From the NCBI GenBank assembly GCA_030295235.1, contig AP026134.1, positions 1,178,001-1,242,000 on the forward strand: DNA of 64,000 nucleotides, in the 5' to 3' direction. Positions 1-12,265 of this stretch are shown piece after piece (the stretch's first letter is position 1; every line of letters starts with the position of its first letter). The DNA is from Fistulifera solaris (Eukaryota). Both the position numbers and the translations under genes were made by a program. Under the pieces are notes generated by a model. It did not search any database and had not been told where the DNA came from. It saw nothing but the letters and a program-made list of their open reading frames with translations.

Positions 1-1153
1 CGCAGAAGCCACTCGATACTCCCAGCGCTTCTAAAAACACCCACAATCAAGAAGAATTTCCTTTTTTTTGTGAGAGGGTGTTCCTGGTAACAACCGCAAT
101 GATAAAATCAGTGTTCTTTCAAGATAACGATCGACGTGTTGCGTGTTTATCGAGCTGATTAGTCATCGTCGCGAGATGACGTAATCAAACGTGCGCGAAA
201 GAATATGGTGCGGTGCATGAACCGTGAACGAATTTCCAGTCTTGCGATTTCTCGTTTCTTGTGACCAAAAGCAAAGAAAGATAGCAGGTAAACGATAAAC
301 ACCAACGAAAAGCTTCATTACAACATTCCTCAACATAATCTTTCTAGAGAGACCACAAGCAAGAATCAGCATTAATTGGAACACCACACATGAAAAAGAC
401 AACAAACGGAATGGCAATTGTCTACGTCTGTGTCGCGCCCGCATGGAAATTTACCGATAGAGGAAAACCCGGATATTGTCTAGGTCGGCATAATTTCTTT
501 CGTCATGTTTGACTGCCATGCCATAAAATCCTAAATAAACATCAATTATGCGCACTACTAAACGATGCTCACCATCGATTCGAATCAAAACGTAGAAACG
601 AGCGAAGATACAACGCTACGAAAGTCAACGTGAAATTCATGTAGCCAGGATTTTATCGAAGTAGGTACAGGTAGCTTCAAGAACTTTTAAAATTCAACTT
701 CATTCATTCTCGGCTACGAAAGCGACAACATTAATTGTAACATCCCTCATCATGTCTGCATAGAGACCATGAGCAACAACAGACATTAATTAAAACACCA
801 AACATGAAAAAGACAACAGTCCATGTTGCGAATGTCCACATGCATCCAATCTGAAACGTCGTTAAAATTATGCGTTGTCGTGGAAACTACTGTACGTTGA
901 ATCTTGTACAAGTAGTGGAGGCAAAATTGTAGCATCCTTTCTCTATCCCTATCATGAAATTAATGAATCATCATCATAGCGTAGACTACATTTTGTATAT
1001 GGTTTGATAGAAAATGAAATGCTAGAATCAGTGAGGTTGCCATCCATGTGTTGCACGTCGGTGAATGCTTTGCTGTCGCATGGTTCGCTTTCATGGCAAT
1101 ACCGCGTTGCTTGCTGAAGAACGTTTTTAAAGGTAAAGGTTTATTTAAACGTC

Positions 1154-2416
1154 TCAGGTTTCTCGATTAAGTTCCGATACTTCGTGAATCCATGCCGGGG
1201 CAACAGTCTGCTGCACAACTTCATCGTTCGCCCATTTTCTCGTTACTGTCAAGGGGCTCAAAATCTCTTCCGGTGTACTTGCATGTGGTGGCGCAGTCAG
1301 CCATTGCAAGATTCCTGGCATATGACCCGCTCCGACAATAGCAACGACTGTCGATTCGCGTCTTGTGAATTGCAAAGCTCGGACTGTTTGTACTAGCTTT
1401 GCAGCCAACCACGCATCTCGTTCTTCGATGATAGTGGTGTAAAGTGTGGGAAAGTGCCGCCTCAACTCAAGAAAGGACTCTGTCAAAACGTCCGTTTCAT
1501 CCCGCAAAATGCTCCTGAGCCACTCGCGCAGCTCCTCAGGGTCTGGTTTTCGAAACGACGACCAAAGCAAGCCCAACATCACTTTAACTTTACCAAACCA
1601 GGACAGTGATTCCCAAGCACGGACCAGTGTCAGCGAAAGAGGTCGGTCACCCAGAATCAAATGACAGTTCGGCTTTTCAAGCCAATACTGGTGCGCACGC
1701 CGGAATTCTCCTCCCAACTCTACACCCAAATCATTGGCATAGTCTTCCTGTACACTCGTCAGTAAGACGGTGCACATGGACTGCAATCGAGTCGAGTTGC
1801 TCGACTGTTGATTCATTTTGATCTTTTCCCAAAACGACGCATTGGTCTCATTTTGCAGCGATTCTGAGCTTCCTTCTAACAAAGGTACTCGCGCATCACA
1901 TAACTCTACCAAAATACAGTCTGGATTCACCGCATCGAGAAGAATAGCAGTCTCGGCGCTACTATCATTGGAGACGTGAGCCGTCCCTAGCAAGTAAATG
2001 ATCGAATTCCCCAACCGCAAACGTTGCAAAGTCTTGGGTCCCTTGTCGCAAAGTGGTTTTGGTAAAGTCTTTTTCCAAGCAGGAATAGAAGACTGTGAGT
2101 TTGTTGTTGTTGTTTTTGTTATTGTTGTGTTTGTCGAAATATCTTCCATCGAGGTCACTCGTTCGACCAATGCACCGCCACGTACGACCCGGAAGGCGGA
2201 TGCGATCGAGCGGCTTCTCGTGCAGAAAGTTCTATTTGTAGCAGAATCTAGTATTCGTGCATCTTGGGATTTGCCCCACAAACCAGGGATCGGAACGTTG
2301 ACTTTATGCCATCCTTTCGTGAGAGGACGGCGGAACACGCCACTTGTTGAACACACCGACAACAAAAGAAGAAAAATGACTACTCGTTTGGGCTCTCTTC
2401 GCTCCGTTCTCAACAT
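1154..2416 (-). CDS. TraB/PrgY-domain protein (TRABD-like)
   Basis: Intact 420-aa ORF with the TraB motifs YLLGTAHVS, ILVELCDAR, GGEFRRA, ILGDRP, EERDAWLA and VAIVGAGHMPGI. The hydrophobic N-terminus may be a targeting signal. Confidence 0.9.
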   Translation of the reverse strand: MLRTERREPKRVVIFLLLLSVCSTSGVFRRPLTKGWHKVNVPIPGLWGKSQDARILDSATNRTFCTRSRSIASAFRVVRGGALVERVTSMEDISTNTTITKTTTTNSQSSIPAWKKTLPKPLCDKGPKTLQRLRLGNSIIYLLGTAHVSNDSSAETAILLDAVNPDCILVELCDARVPLLEGSSESLQNETNASFWEKIKMNQQSSNSTRLQSMCTVLLTSVQEDYANDLGVELGGEFRRAHQYWLEKPNCHLILGDRPLSLTLVRAWESLSWFGKVKVMLGLLWSSFRKPDPEELREWLRSILRDETDVLTESFLELRRHFPTLYTTIIEERDAWLAAKLVQTVRALQFTRRESTVVAIVGAGHMPGILQWLTAPPHASTPEEILSPLTVTRKWANDEVVQQTVAPAWIHEVSELNRET

Positions 2417-3061
2417 TCTGACTTAACAAACTATACTGGTAGGAAATGGGTGTATGTGTATGACAGTATTCAAATGAATTTTAGTTAAAAGGAAGGAAGT
2501 TACCGGTATGGATGTGATGGCAATGGTACAAGCAAAAGTTCTTTTTTATGGCCTGGGTCATCGTCCTTATGTCGTCCGACACGTATGATACCATTGTACT
2601 TCTCTTTCCATACTACGTAAAGTGGTACCCAGTTGGAATAGGCTGATTGCTGATTTTGTGGCAAGTCGAAATAATTACTACTACGTACTATCATTTATCA
2701 TTCTACGATCCGTGTATACCTGGAACCAGGTAGGGCCGTTATTTGTTGTTCTTCTAAGATTGAACTGCTTGTGACAAATGCGAACCCGAAAAACACAAGT
2801 GGTGCAAAAAAATGTCCGCCGATCTATGCGATCCACGCAGAACACCGACAACGAAAACAAAAAAAAGGGACCACTTCTTGATCTATTCCTTTCCGCAGAG
2901 CAACGTCAAAAATAGACGAACCAGAAACATTCTGTCTCAGCAGCAGCTGGCTGACAACCTGTCGAAGGCCCAGTTTTCCTGTTGTCCTCGCATTTCACGT
3001 CGTCCAGCATCGTATTCGATTTCTAGATTGATTCATTCTCAAATTGAAAAACAGAATAAGA

Positions 3062-3718
3062 ATGAATTCCGACAATGGAGATAGTTCTAGTGACTACTAT
3101 TCCTCCAATCTACCACTTTCAGACGCAATCGAAGGCAGTAACGGGCTTGAACAGCTATCGCAGTTTGTTTCTTTGAATGGGACATCTTTTACACAGACTA
3201 TGATCAATCTAAGTCATCTGCAACACTTGGCCATGCAACAGCAGCGACAACAACAACAACAACAACAACAATTACAACAAAACCAGGCGAATTTACTTCA
3301 CAATGCCCTAGCGGCACCCCTTGCACAAAACCACACGTCCACACAGGCTTTTCAGTACTTTCAACAATCACAATTGCAGCAACGAGATCATCTTTCTATA
3401 CGGCAAACTTCAAAGAATGACAAAGCGTTGAGCGATCGATCGATGTTTGTGGTGTTTGTGAAAGTGTTACTGCGCTACATGGACAAACTCAGCGATGAGA
3501 GATTGACGCAGCGGACGAAGCATGCGATAGCAGAATGTACGCGGCTGCATCGTAGCGGCGCACTCGGATTTACGTCTTTGTCCGATGCGTTGGAAATTCG
3601 TTTGCGATCTCTGATTGGAGACGAACACTGGAATCGGGCCCAAAATTACTGTACCTATCTGATAGAACGAAAGGAGCGAGGCAATGGAGAGAAAATGGTT
3701 TCCGCTGCTCAAATTTAG
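3062..3718 (+). CDS. Glutamine-rich protein with a helical C-terminal domain of unknown function
   Basis: ATG at 3062, a CAA-encoded poly-Q tract, and a C-terminal helical segment FVVFVKVLLRYM...AIAECTRLHR...LRSLIGDEHWNRA of a type I recall from diatom hypothetical proteins. Confidence 0.7.
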   Translation: MNSDNGDSSSDYYSSNLPLSDAIEGSNGLEQLSQFVSLNGTSFTQTMINLSHLQHLAMQQQRQQQQQQQQLQQNQANLLHNALAAPLAQNHTSTQAFQYFQQSQLQQRDHLSIRQTSKNDKALSDRSMFVVFVKVLLRYMDKLSDERLTQRTKHAIAECTRLHRSGALGFTSLSDALEIRLRSLIGDEHWNRAQNYCTYLIERKERGNGEKMVSAAQI

Positions 3719-4949
3719 TTTCGTATAAGTGTCTTTGGCTCTCTTTCTGCTCACCACACAGGTGAAGATTTTTAAAATCCGACTATATATATCCTCGTCC
3801 GTGGCACTTTCTTCCAATATTAATGGCATGCAAACTTGACATCATACACAAGCGGTAATAGGACGAGAAATCGACGTTTGGCTCGTGGCAATAGTTATAT
3901 TGACGTTGAATGTGGCTGACGCCCAAGCGCCTACGGAGGCGGAATGTGCGATTATTGCGTTATAGGGATAACTTTGATGATATCATTTTTATCGCTACAA
4001 GGATATGAACAATGCAAACGAACCCACTACTGACTGCTTTAAAAGTTAAATTTTGTTGTAGAATAACGGCTTAATCCGAGCTACAGACTCCCTTTTTAAA
4101 AGAAAATCGTCGCGACCGTTTCGCGTAGAGTATGTGGACGAAACGTCTTCCATATCGTCAATTGAGTGCTCCAAAGTGGTCAAACGTGTCCTGCTTCCTT
4201 CCAGTTGCTTGAGCGACCAAAGGAACGTGATTCTTTGTAGAATCTTGGCTTCTGATTTGCCATCAATAGCTCGTCAGAGGAAAAACATCTTTGACTCGCT
4301 ATCCCTATCAGAGATCTTGCAGAAGTAATTGTGCTCCTCGAGAAAAAAGCTGCCCCCTAGCAGAACAACAGCGATCCGATTTCGAACCAAGCCATCGCGT
4401 TTTGATTGTTCTCCCAAACGGGAAATTCCAGATATATGTCGGTTCCCGGAAATAAATTTTGCAGAAGCAGCTTGCCTCTATTGATAGCGCGAGGAGCGCC
4501 ATTTAGACGCGGCGCCATCTTAACCTTGGGAATGAGAAGAGGCCTGTTCATCGTCGATCTCTGATCCCTTGTGTTGAAGCGACGTACACGGCAAATTGTT
4601 ACTCCGTATCTGCTTATTTGAATTATAAATCTACGCGGCGTTCCATTCGCAGACAGCGATAATCGCGCAAGAATTCCAAATGGCACTTCCTCTTCTACGG
4701 TACTAGGTACAATAATAGGACATTCATCCTTGCGATTACTCGAGGAGGGACACACACAGATACAGCGCATCGTCTACAACACGTTCGACGAATGGTGATG
4801 GCTTTTGTCGTCATATCGTAGCTTCTTTTCCCAAGCCAATCATTTGATCGTTTCCATTCTGCATTATCATCAGTCGAGAAGCTTTGTTATTTCGTATTCA
4901 GTACAATTTAAATATAATCTCATATTGTTGTTGTTATTGTTTATTTGGT

Positions 4950-5639
4950 CTTTTCATGCAATGATCTTCATTCGCTTTTATTGCTTTTCGTTAGATCATC
5001 TTGTATTCGCCATCAAGAAACAGACACAGACACGTAGACAACACACACATCGAAAATATTGCGACTGAAATAACAAGACTGAAAGCACTTGTCAAACAAA
5101 AAAAACAAAAACATCCATCGTCGAACTCCACCAATCATCACGTAGACAAAGTGCCTCCAATGGACTCGACATCCACTCTTTCCCCCCTTATTTCAATTGA
5201 ATTTCATACGCGTAATTCGCTTATGAGATACGAGCAGGCCGGACTCGCAGTTGCGCTCATGAAAAATATCCAGATGCGTATGTCGTGACATTCATTCGTG
5301 GGTCGTGGGATCCCAACACATGGAGAAAACCGTTGCTCGACACAGAAATACTTAGAGAGCTCCCTCTAAATAATTTTAAATGAAGTTTGTGAACACAAAC
5401 TATATTTTGATTTTACGATAGGAGAAGCGCATCGCTCAATTTTGTTTCTCTCTTTTTTTCGCTGCGCTCTTCTTCTTCTTCTCACATCTCCTCTCGAAGG
5501 CGACTGAGAGAGGTTTGATGTCCTCCCGATATTCAGTTGTTGCCAAAGCTGTGGCCTCGCGATCACAGCTTGGGACCGTATGGTTGAATACTCAGTGGGA
5601 GCGCATGAAGGGTTGTGGTGCGTATGTCCCGAGGGAAGG
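4950..5639 (+). repeat. Unclassified ~3.1 kb repeat, copy A, left part (interrupted by the Copia insertion)
   Basis: Reverse complement of ~49482-50175. The 5150-5520 stretch matches essentially base for base. The left boundary is fuzzy (~4940-4955). Confidence 0.9.
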
Positions 5640-6052
5640 TAACAATAGCTAGAAACGGTTTGCACCTTTCCTGCTATTGGTACCGCTCTCTGAACGAGAC
5701 ACAGTTGACAATCGAACGAACGATAAAGTAGGAGCGACCCTACGCTTTCGCAGCACCGGTGACCTCCAGAAGGGAGCAGTGCTTCAATCGGTCTACCTTG
5801 AGTTTCTCCACAGCACGAAGGGAGAGAAACACAAGAGATGGTTATCGACGGGAGACGAGTAACAACAACAACAAGACAGATCAAAATTATGATTAGAAAC
5901 GTTTGTTATTCTACTGCGTAAAACTGCGATTGCTCCCGAATCAAATCTGCAAAACGTGATAGATATGTAAATTGTGTCACAGCGTTGTCTTGAGGAAAAA
6001 CACAATGACCACGACCAAAAAATCCAGTCGTGAGTGATCCAAACTATTGTTA
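5640..6052 (-). repeat. 3' LTR (413 bp)
   Basis: Direct repeat of 12266-12682, with a 9-bp terminal inverted repeat TAACAATAG...CTATTGTTA. Confidence 0.97.
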
Positions 6053-6066
6053 CTCCCCATTTTTCC
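6053..6066 (-). other. Polypurine tract (PPT)
   Basis: Minus strand reads GGAAAAATGGGGAG immediately 5' of the 3' LTR. Confidence 0.85.
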
Positions 6067-6182
6067 GAAGGGCAACACACACAATTGATTCCAATGTAAA
6101 CATGCAAATGATGTGCTCGCAACACATCATACCAAACCATTGACAACAGTAATTGTCAAGCTTCTTCTTTATCATTCCCTTC

Positions 6183-9100
6183 TTAGTCAATAGGTTTACC
6201 ACCGACAAGGAACAACAAAGGACGAAGGATGAGTTTCCACGTCTTCGCATAAGACCAATGCTTGCTAAGCAGATCAGCAGCATTCAGCTCTCCTGGAATA
6301 TAGTGAAACTCAATGATACCAGAAGCTATAGCTTCACGTACGCGATGATACGATAGCATCGTGTGGCTTTAATGAAGCTTAGAGCCAGGAAGCACCGAGC
6401 TGTCGACAACAGACTTGTTGTCACCGAATAGATAGCTCGTCTTCCGAACAGGGATACCCAAGTAGCGTAACGTTAAACGCAAATCTGTGATCTGTTCAAC
6501 CGCATGATGCGTGCGCACTAAATTCACTTCCATAAGTAGCGGTTTCCACTGTAGCTTGCTTCTTTGAGTACCATTCATATGGGGTATTGTTGATCATGTG
6601 CAGAATTCCTGTAACCGACTTGCCCGTTAGCATATCATGATATAGGTTGGCATCGACATACGTAGTCGTCAATACAGGTTTTCCCAATGGCTCTGGAACA
6701 TCGTGTGGGATCATCTCTTCGGCTCCAGCGTAAACAGAATAATCCCAATCATGTACGACAGTTGGTAACGTGCTGTAATCAGGTTCCGAGACGTCAACGC
6801 GAATAGCGGAGTGACGGAACTTATACAGGTAACCGTAGATGCGTTTGACACGGTCCATATGACCGAACCGAGGCTCAGAACGGAAAGAAGACATCGACAT
6901 GACGGCAGTAAAAATATCAATCCGTCCAATTGTGACAAGCCACTGCAAAGCACCAATAAGCGATTGATAAGTCTTCGTTTTCTCATCATCAAGGAACTCT
7001 GAAGTATCTAGCTCAGGATGATCGTTTTGGTTCCAAAGGCGACTGGTAATTCCGAGGTTTCTGACCAAAGACCTGTTCGTAGTTGACGAACATTCGCTCA
7101 AGATACTTTGTCGGGAGAATAGCTAAGAGTGTTTGTCGAATCTCTGACAAAATTCATACCAAGATGAAACGATATCGGACCTGTTCCCTTCAGCTTGAAA
7201 CCGTACGTATGTTTCAATGCCTCAACAATCAACATTGGCTGTTTAGAGACGATAAGCAGGTCATCCACATACACAGCAATGTATTCGTACAGGTCGTCGC
7301 AGCAGCGCATCCAAACATCGGGTTCCGACTTGACGGAAAGAATCCCAACTCACGTAGTACATCGGCAAGTCGTTCAGCCCATCGATAGTTACTCGAACGC
7401 CAAACCATATAATGCCTTGACGATAACAAGGATATGATCCTTCAACGCTCCAAACTCAGGACCGGCGACGATGTAAACTTTCTCACGTGTTTTGGCCTCG
7501 AGATATGCGTTCCCAACATCAGTTGCATAAAGTTCCTGTTCGTTCAGTTCGGCGACAAAAGCAACAATCCGAACTCCTTTGATAGTAACCACACCAGCAT
7601 AAACATTATCTAACGGAATATCTGTCAAATGTCCATCGGCAACAAGTCTTGCTTTGTGGCGACCGTCATGCTTCACATCGTAAACGAAATGAACACGAAT
7701 CTTCTTGTAACCTTCGGGAGGGCGGACTTTATCTTTATGTCCACAGTCACGGAATGTGGAGTATTCATGGAGCGAATCCGATTCTAGAGCAGTTGCGTCC
7801 ATCCACTTCGTGTTTCCGTTCCGTTCGTCTAACAAAATAGCATGGAGAAAGTTTCGCGGAATCTCATAACCGCACTTGTAGCGTGGGGCCGTATTATAAG
7901 AACGAAGCTTGGCCTGTTTTACAAGACGCTCAAAAACTTTCTCTTTCTTCTTGGCCATTGCACGGAATCGGCGCCATCCATTGGCATGCAGTAGGTCATT
8001 GGCTTTGGCGTAAATCGCACACTCTACCGGTGCCTCTTTGGCAAACTGATCTAATGGTATCCACGTCACCTCCCCATTCTCCCAAGCTACTTTGACATTA
8101 TACGGAGACCCAGCATATTCCTTGTCCTTTACCGTGAGTGGACCCTGGTGATCAACGATCTTGCGGAACTTCCAGACCGTGGGGTTGGCAATATCCCGGT
8201 TGATATAATCCATTACCTCCCCATAAGTGAGCAGTTCCTCAAACTGTCCCTCATTGATCGAACACCGATATTGAATGCGGTTACGATTCTGCTCAAACGC
8301 AGCAACCGCCTCGGCAATATCACCCGCAATTCCGACGATTTTGGCCCGATGCTTGAGCCCTTCCGGATTTTCTGGATCGTGTAAAGGAATGTACGGCCAA
8401 TGAGCTCGTCAGGATGGAATATCGGAACATCGGCACGACTTGAACCATGCTCCCCATCCAATTCGCTGACGAGAGACCAACTCAAGTTGACGAGAAGGAG
8501 GGTTCCATCTCCCCATCAATCGTGACGATGGGCTGAGGAGGAGGTAGAGGATCAACGCGTCGATTAGGATCCATGGTCGTGTCAGCCGAACGCACAGCAG
8601 AGCGATGAATAATACGACGCGTGCCAAGAGTCAAGATCTTAAACGTCATGGCGTTACCGACGTTTTTCGATACTCCCACAAAATAACCGACATCTTCGCG
8701 TGATTGAGACGGAAAAGAATGTGCATCGACGCGATAATAAACTTTCTCGTAAAATCGGAAAACGAATGAACGGGCTTATATCGGGTGTGTCGCCATTCAA
8801 AACACGCAATGGGACGTCTTTGAGTGCACGATTATGCGTATGGTTAAGGATATCGGCGACATGCGACAAACACTCAAACCACAAATCATCTGGTGCTCCC
8901 GACCTGTCCATAACAATATCACAAATTCGTTTGACATCCTGAATCTTCCGTTCAGCATAGTTCTGATGCTGATAACCGCCTTCGCTTTGCCAGCTACCAA
9001 TGAAAAGCGTATCCAAAATGTCCTGGACGCGCTTATTGACTTCCGCTTTGGCTTGGTCGCTGAGAATACGTGTCGGTGCACCACGATCTCGGATGACTTC

Positions 9101-12100
9101 AGTCAAAACCGTGGCAAACTGAGTCTGACTGTGTAGCGGATAGATATCAATCACACCGGAATCAACGCCAACGAAAAGCTGCGCATGTTTCACGCCCGAT
9201 ACCGAGAGCTTTTGTATTGGAAAATATGGTGTCCGTAGCGATCGCCTCTTTCGCGACGAGCAACGTTCATAGCTGGGTGTGGCGACTTAAACAACTTCTG
9301 AAGGACAGGAGAGTTATACTCACGCGCATACTGAGTAGTACGAGCAAAGGTCTCCTTAATGACGTCCGAAACCAAGGTAAGCAAGCATTGGACGGACCTT
9401 TTCGACGTCAACAGGCTTCAAACGGATGTCGAAGATCGGTGTAACGACATGAGCTGGTGGATCCGTGAGAAATCAATGGTTCTCCTTCAGATGGTGCGTT
9501 CAGTGGTGGCAGTTGTTCTGTTGCGGATGTAGTTGGGCTCGTTAGTTGTAAGGAATCGGTCACATTGTTGGTAGCAACAGCGAGAGCTGCAAAAACATCA
9601 ACAATATCTTGGAGATGGTCGAAGCGATCGGAATCCTCGAACGGATCAAAAGAAGGAACAGAGTGCATCACGTTGGTAACAACCCGGGGCGATAGCAGTG
9701 GCAATGACAGTATTATGGAGATGACTGTCAATGTAACTACGGTATTCTCCAAATTCGTCCGAAAAGATTAGCGTCAGAAGTGTCTTCGAGAAACGGTGGA
9801 GGCGGTCCCTTCCATTCGTCATCGTCCATCTTGTGATCAAGCACTGTTGGATCCCAATCCTTGTCGTCGGTGAGGATGATGTGTGGTAATTCATCCCATT
9901 CTTTGTCGGTGTATGGGCGGGATGTCCAACCGACAGAGACCGCGTGTGACGATGAGTGGAAGAACGTATCCATCTTTGGTCAAAATGCGTTGTGTCCCTC
10001 CGACCTTGACGGAGCGGTCATCAACGGATTGTCCGTTTTTCTCCAGTTGACCGGATGAGTGAATCGTGACACCACGTCCTGTGTAAGCGTACTGATGGAA
10101 CACAGCAATTCGCTCCCGACTTGAGTCTTGACAACACCTGCAACGGTACCAATCTGAACCCGAGGCATTTGATGATTATCTATGCCCTGAATATCAACGA
10201 AACGATCTGGAACGGTTAAGTACAAAGTACATCTTTGCCACCAACGCCTCCATTAAGCTCCACGATCGATGAGTGATAACTTGGAATCGGATACCAATCG
10301 ATTGCTGACGATGTAGGTAGACGCCATGTTGATGCTCACCTGCTCGAAATTGACATTCTTCTTGTTGCCGCTGTTTGCTTTCGTGCCTTGTCCAAGTTTC
10401 TTTTCGAGTATTGTGCAGTGATGCGGGATGTGTTGGATGCTTTTCGTTGTGAGTGACGTTGGTCTTTGCTTGGTTCGCCGACATCATACGTCTCTTCGTT
10501 GTTGTAATCGTCGCAATACGAGTCGTTGCGTCGTGGGCAAGCGCTGAAAGCATCTGGCTGAGCGTGATGTCTCCGAGTGAGGCCTCATTCATGTTCGCTT
10601 GACGGATGGTCCCTGGATACTTTTCGCTCACGCTTTGCCGGCGGTTGCTTTGTTGCAGAATTGACGCGATGCATAATGATAGACTTGCCGGCATCAGACA
10701 GTTTATCCCATACGGTGCGGTCCTCAGGAGACAATTTTGACCATTGCTCTCGAGTGAGCTTCGGAAAATAGCCCGTTTGGCCACTTGCAAGATATGCTTC
10801 ATACGTAGCCTCATCATCGGACAATTCACCGTAACCGAATTCCTTGATTGGGTCACCAAAGATGTCATGCGAGTACACGTTGAGTTTACCACCTTTGCTG
10901 GAACCACGGAATTGGTCATCGTGTTCGATAGCGGCCGTCATAAGAGCTTCAATGTATTTCTCGAAGCTTAAATCAGAACCTGTGCCGATTTTCATGATGC
11001 CGGCACTACTACGGACGTTCATCAAACACGGAATACCCTTGATAAGATTCTGAGTGAGCGAATTCTTCATGGCGTTAGACAAACGCTCATTCATCGGAAC
11101 CAAGGAGTCGTGAACGTCGAAGTTCGTCTTGATAACGGAGCAGATAGAATTCATACGACATCCCCTTCCCATCGGTAAGCATCCGAGCACGCATAAGTTT
11201 TGAAAGCAAATCCTGGGCTGTGAGAGAGGAGTTTGTGGAGTCGGTATAGTAAGTCAAGACTTCACGAAAAACTGCTTGTGCATCCTTGTCCTCAATATGT
11301 GCATTGAGAATTTGTCGACTCTTGGCCGTTTTGAGCGTAGTGTCGAAGACAGCGAGCATGTATTTCTTCTGCAATTTAAATAACTCCTCATCCTCTTCAG
11401 TCATAGGTACGTAATCCGGATCCAAAACTTGGGAGCAGTCTTGATTGTCGGCATGTCGTGTCGAATCATACCAGTCGAGCCACTGATTTTGATGTTTCAG
11501 GACCATGAAAGCCGCTTCATTCCGTTTTGCTTTCATGAAGAGCTGCACTTTGGAAGGGGAGTAATGACCGTGTGGAAACTGAATAGATTTACTTGGGGAA
11601 CCTGGTGGTGATTGGGGAGCAAAACCAGGATGAGATGTAACAATCGGAACATCGACAGGAGGCTGCTGACTGTAGTGTTCTTCCCACATATCGAATGTAA
11701 CCGAATAGAAACTTTCTTCACTACGGTAGCTTCGAGTATTCAACGATCGTATGAACTTGTAGAACTTGATAAGTGAGATGATAGCTCCATTCAGTGGTTG
11801 AATACGAATGCTGTTCTGATCGACGAACGAAAGATTGTCGATATATTGTGGTTCGTTGTCGTGATTTGAAATGCATGCATGTATCCATCCCATTAGCAAC
11901 TAGTGCCTTGTAGATAGTGGATTCTCTGGTTACTTTCCCATACACGTTGAACATGAGGTGCTCGAAAGGTGTGAATTCGAGCTTAGTGATTTCCTCTTCG
12001 ACGACGTGGTCCTTTTTCATCTGATACTCGGTGCTCTTTTCATCATCATCTCTATTCTTATCGCTGACATCAGATTCGTTGTGTTCTACGTCGTTATCCA

Positions 12101-12161
12101 CGTTCTTATCAGGATCGGGATCGGGAGGAGGTCGCTTCTTCTCAACCTTGGATTTAGCCAT
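6183..12161 (-). pseudogene. gag-pol polyprotein of the Copia element, broken by many frameshifts/stops in this assembly
   Basis: gag starts MAKSKVEKK at 12161. Protease LIDRGA-NGG lies at ~10255-10275. The integrase core reads (A)TDTIFS...ILSDQAKAE...QNYAERKIQDVK (~9240-8900). RT shows KARLVADGH, TDVGNAYL, KALYGL and YVDDLL. RNase H shows TYVDANLYHD, ETATYGSEF, FGDNKSVV and NAADLLSKHW. Stop at 6183-6185. Confidence 0.92.
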
Positions 12162-12251
12162 GACGCGGTAATCAAAGGAGGTACCGAGTTCAAGGAGAGA
12201 AGACAACAGAGAGCGATCTGATAGACAGAAAAGCTCTTACAAGAGAATAGT

Positions 12252-12265
12252 TGCGACTGTTAATC
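12252..12265 (-). other. Primer-binding site complementary to the tRNA-Asn(GUU) anticodon arm
   Basis: Directly abuts the 5' LTR. The + strand reads TGCGA-CTGTTAA-TC, i.e. the 5' anticodon stem, the CU-GUU-AA loop and two bases of the 3' stem of tRNA-Asn. There is no TGG (CCA-complement) start. Confidence 0.75.

Noticed and set aside
4357..4770. 137-aa minus-strand ORF
   Set aside because: It has no recognisable motif or splice structure and cannot be distinguished from a chance ORF or decayed fragment.
5366..6146. ORFs of 117-177 aa overlapping the LTRs (also 12300-12957)
   Set aside because: These are chance frames across LTR/flank junctions, duplicated only because the LTR is duplicated.
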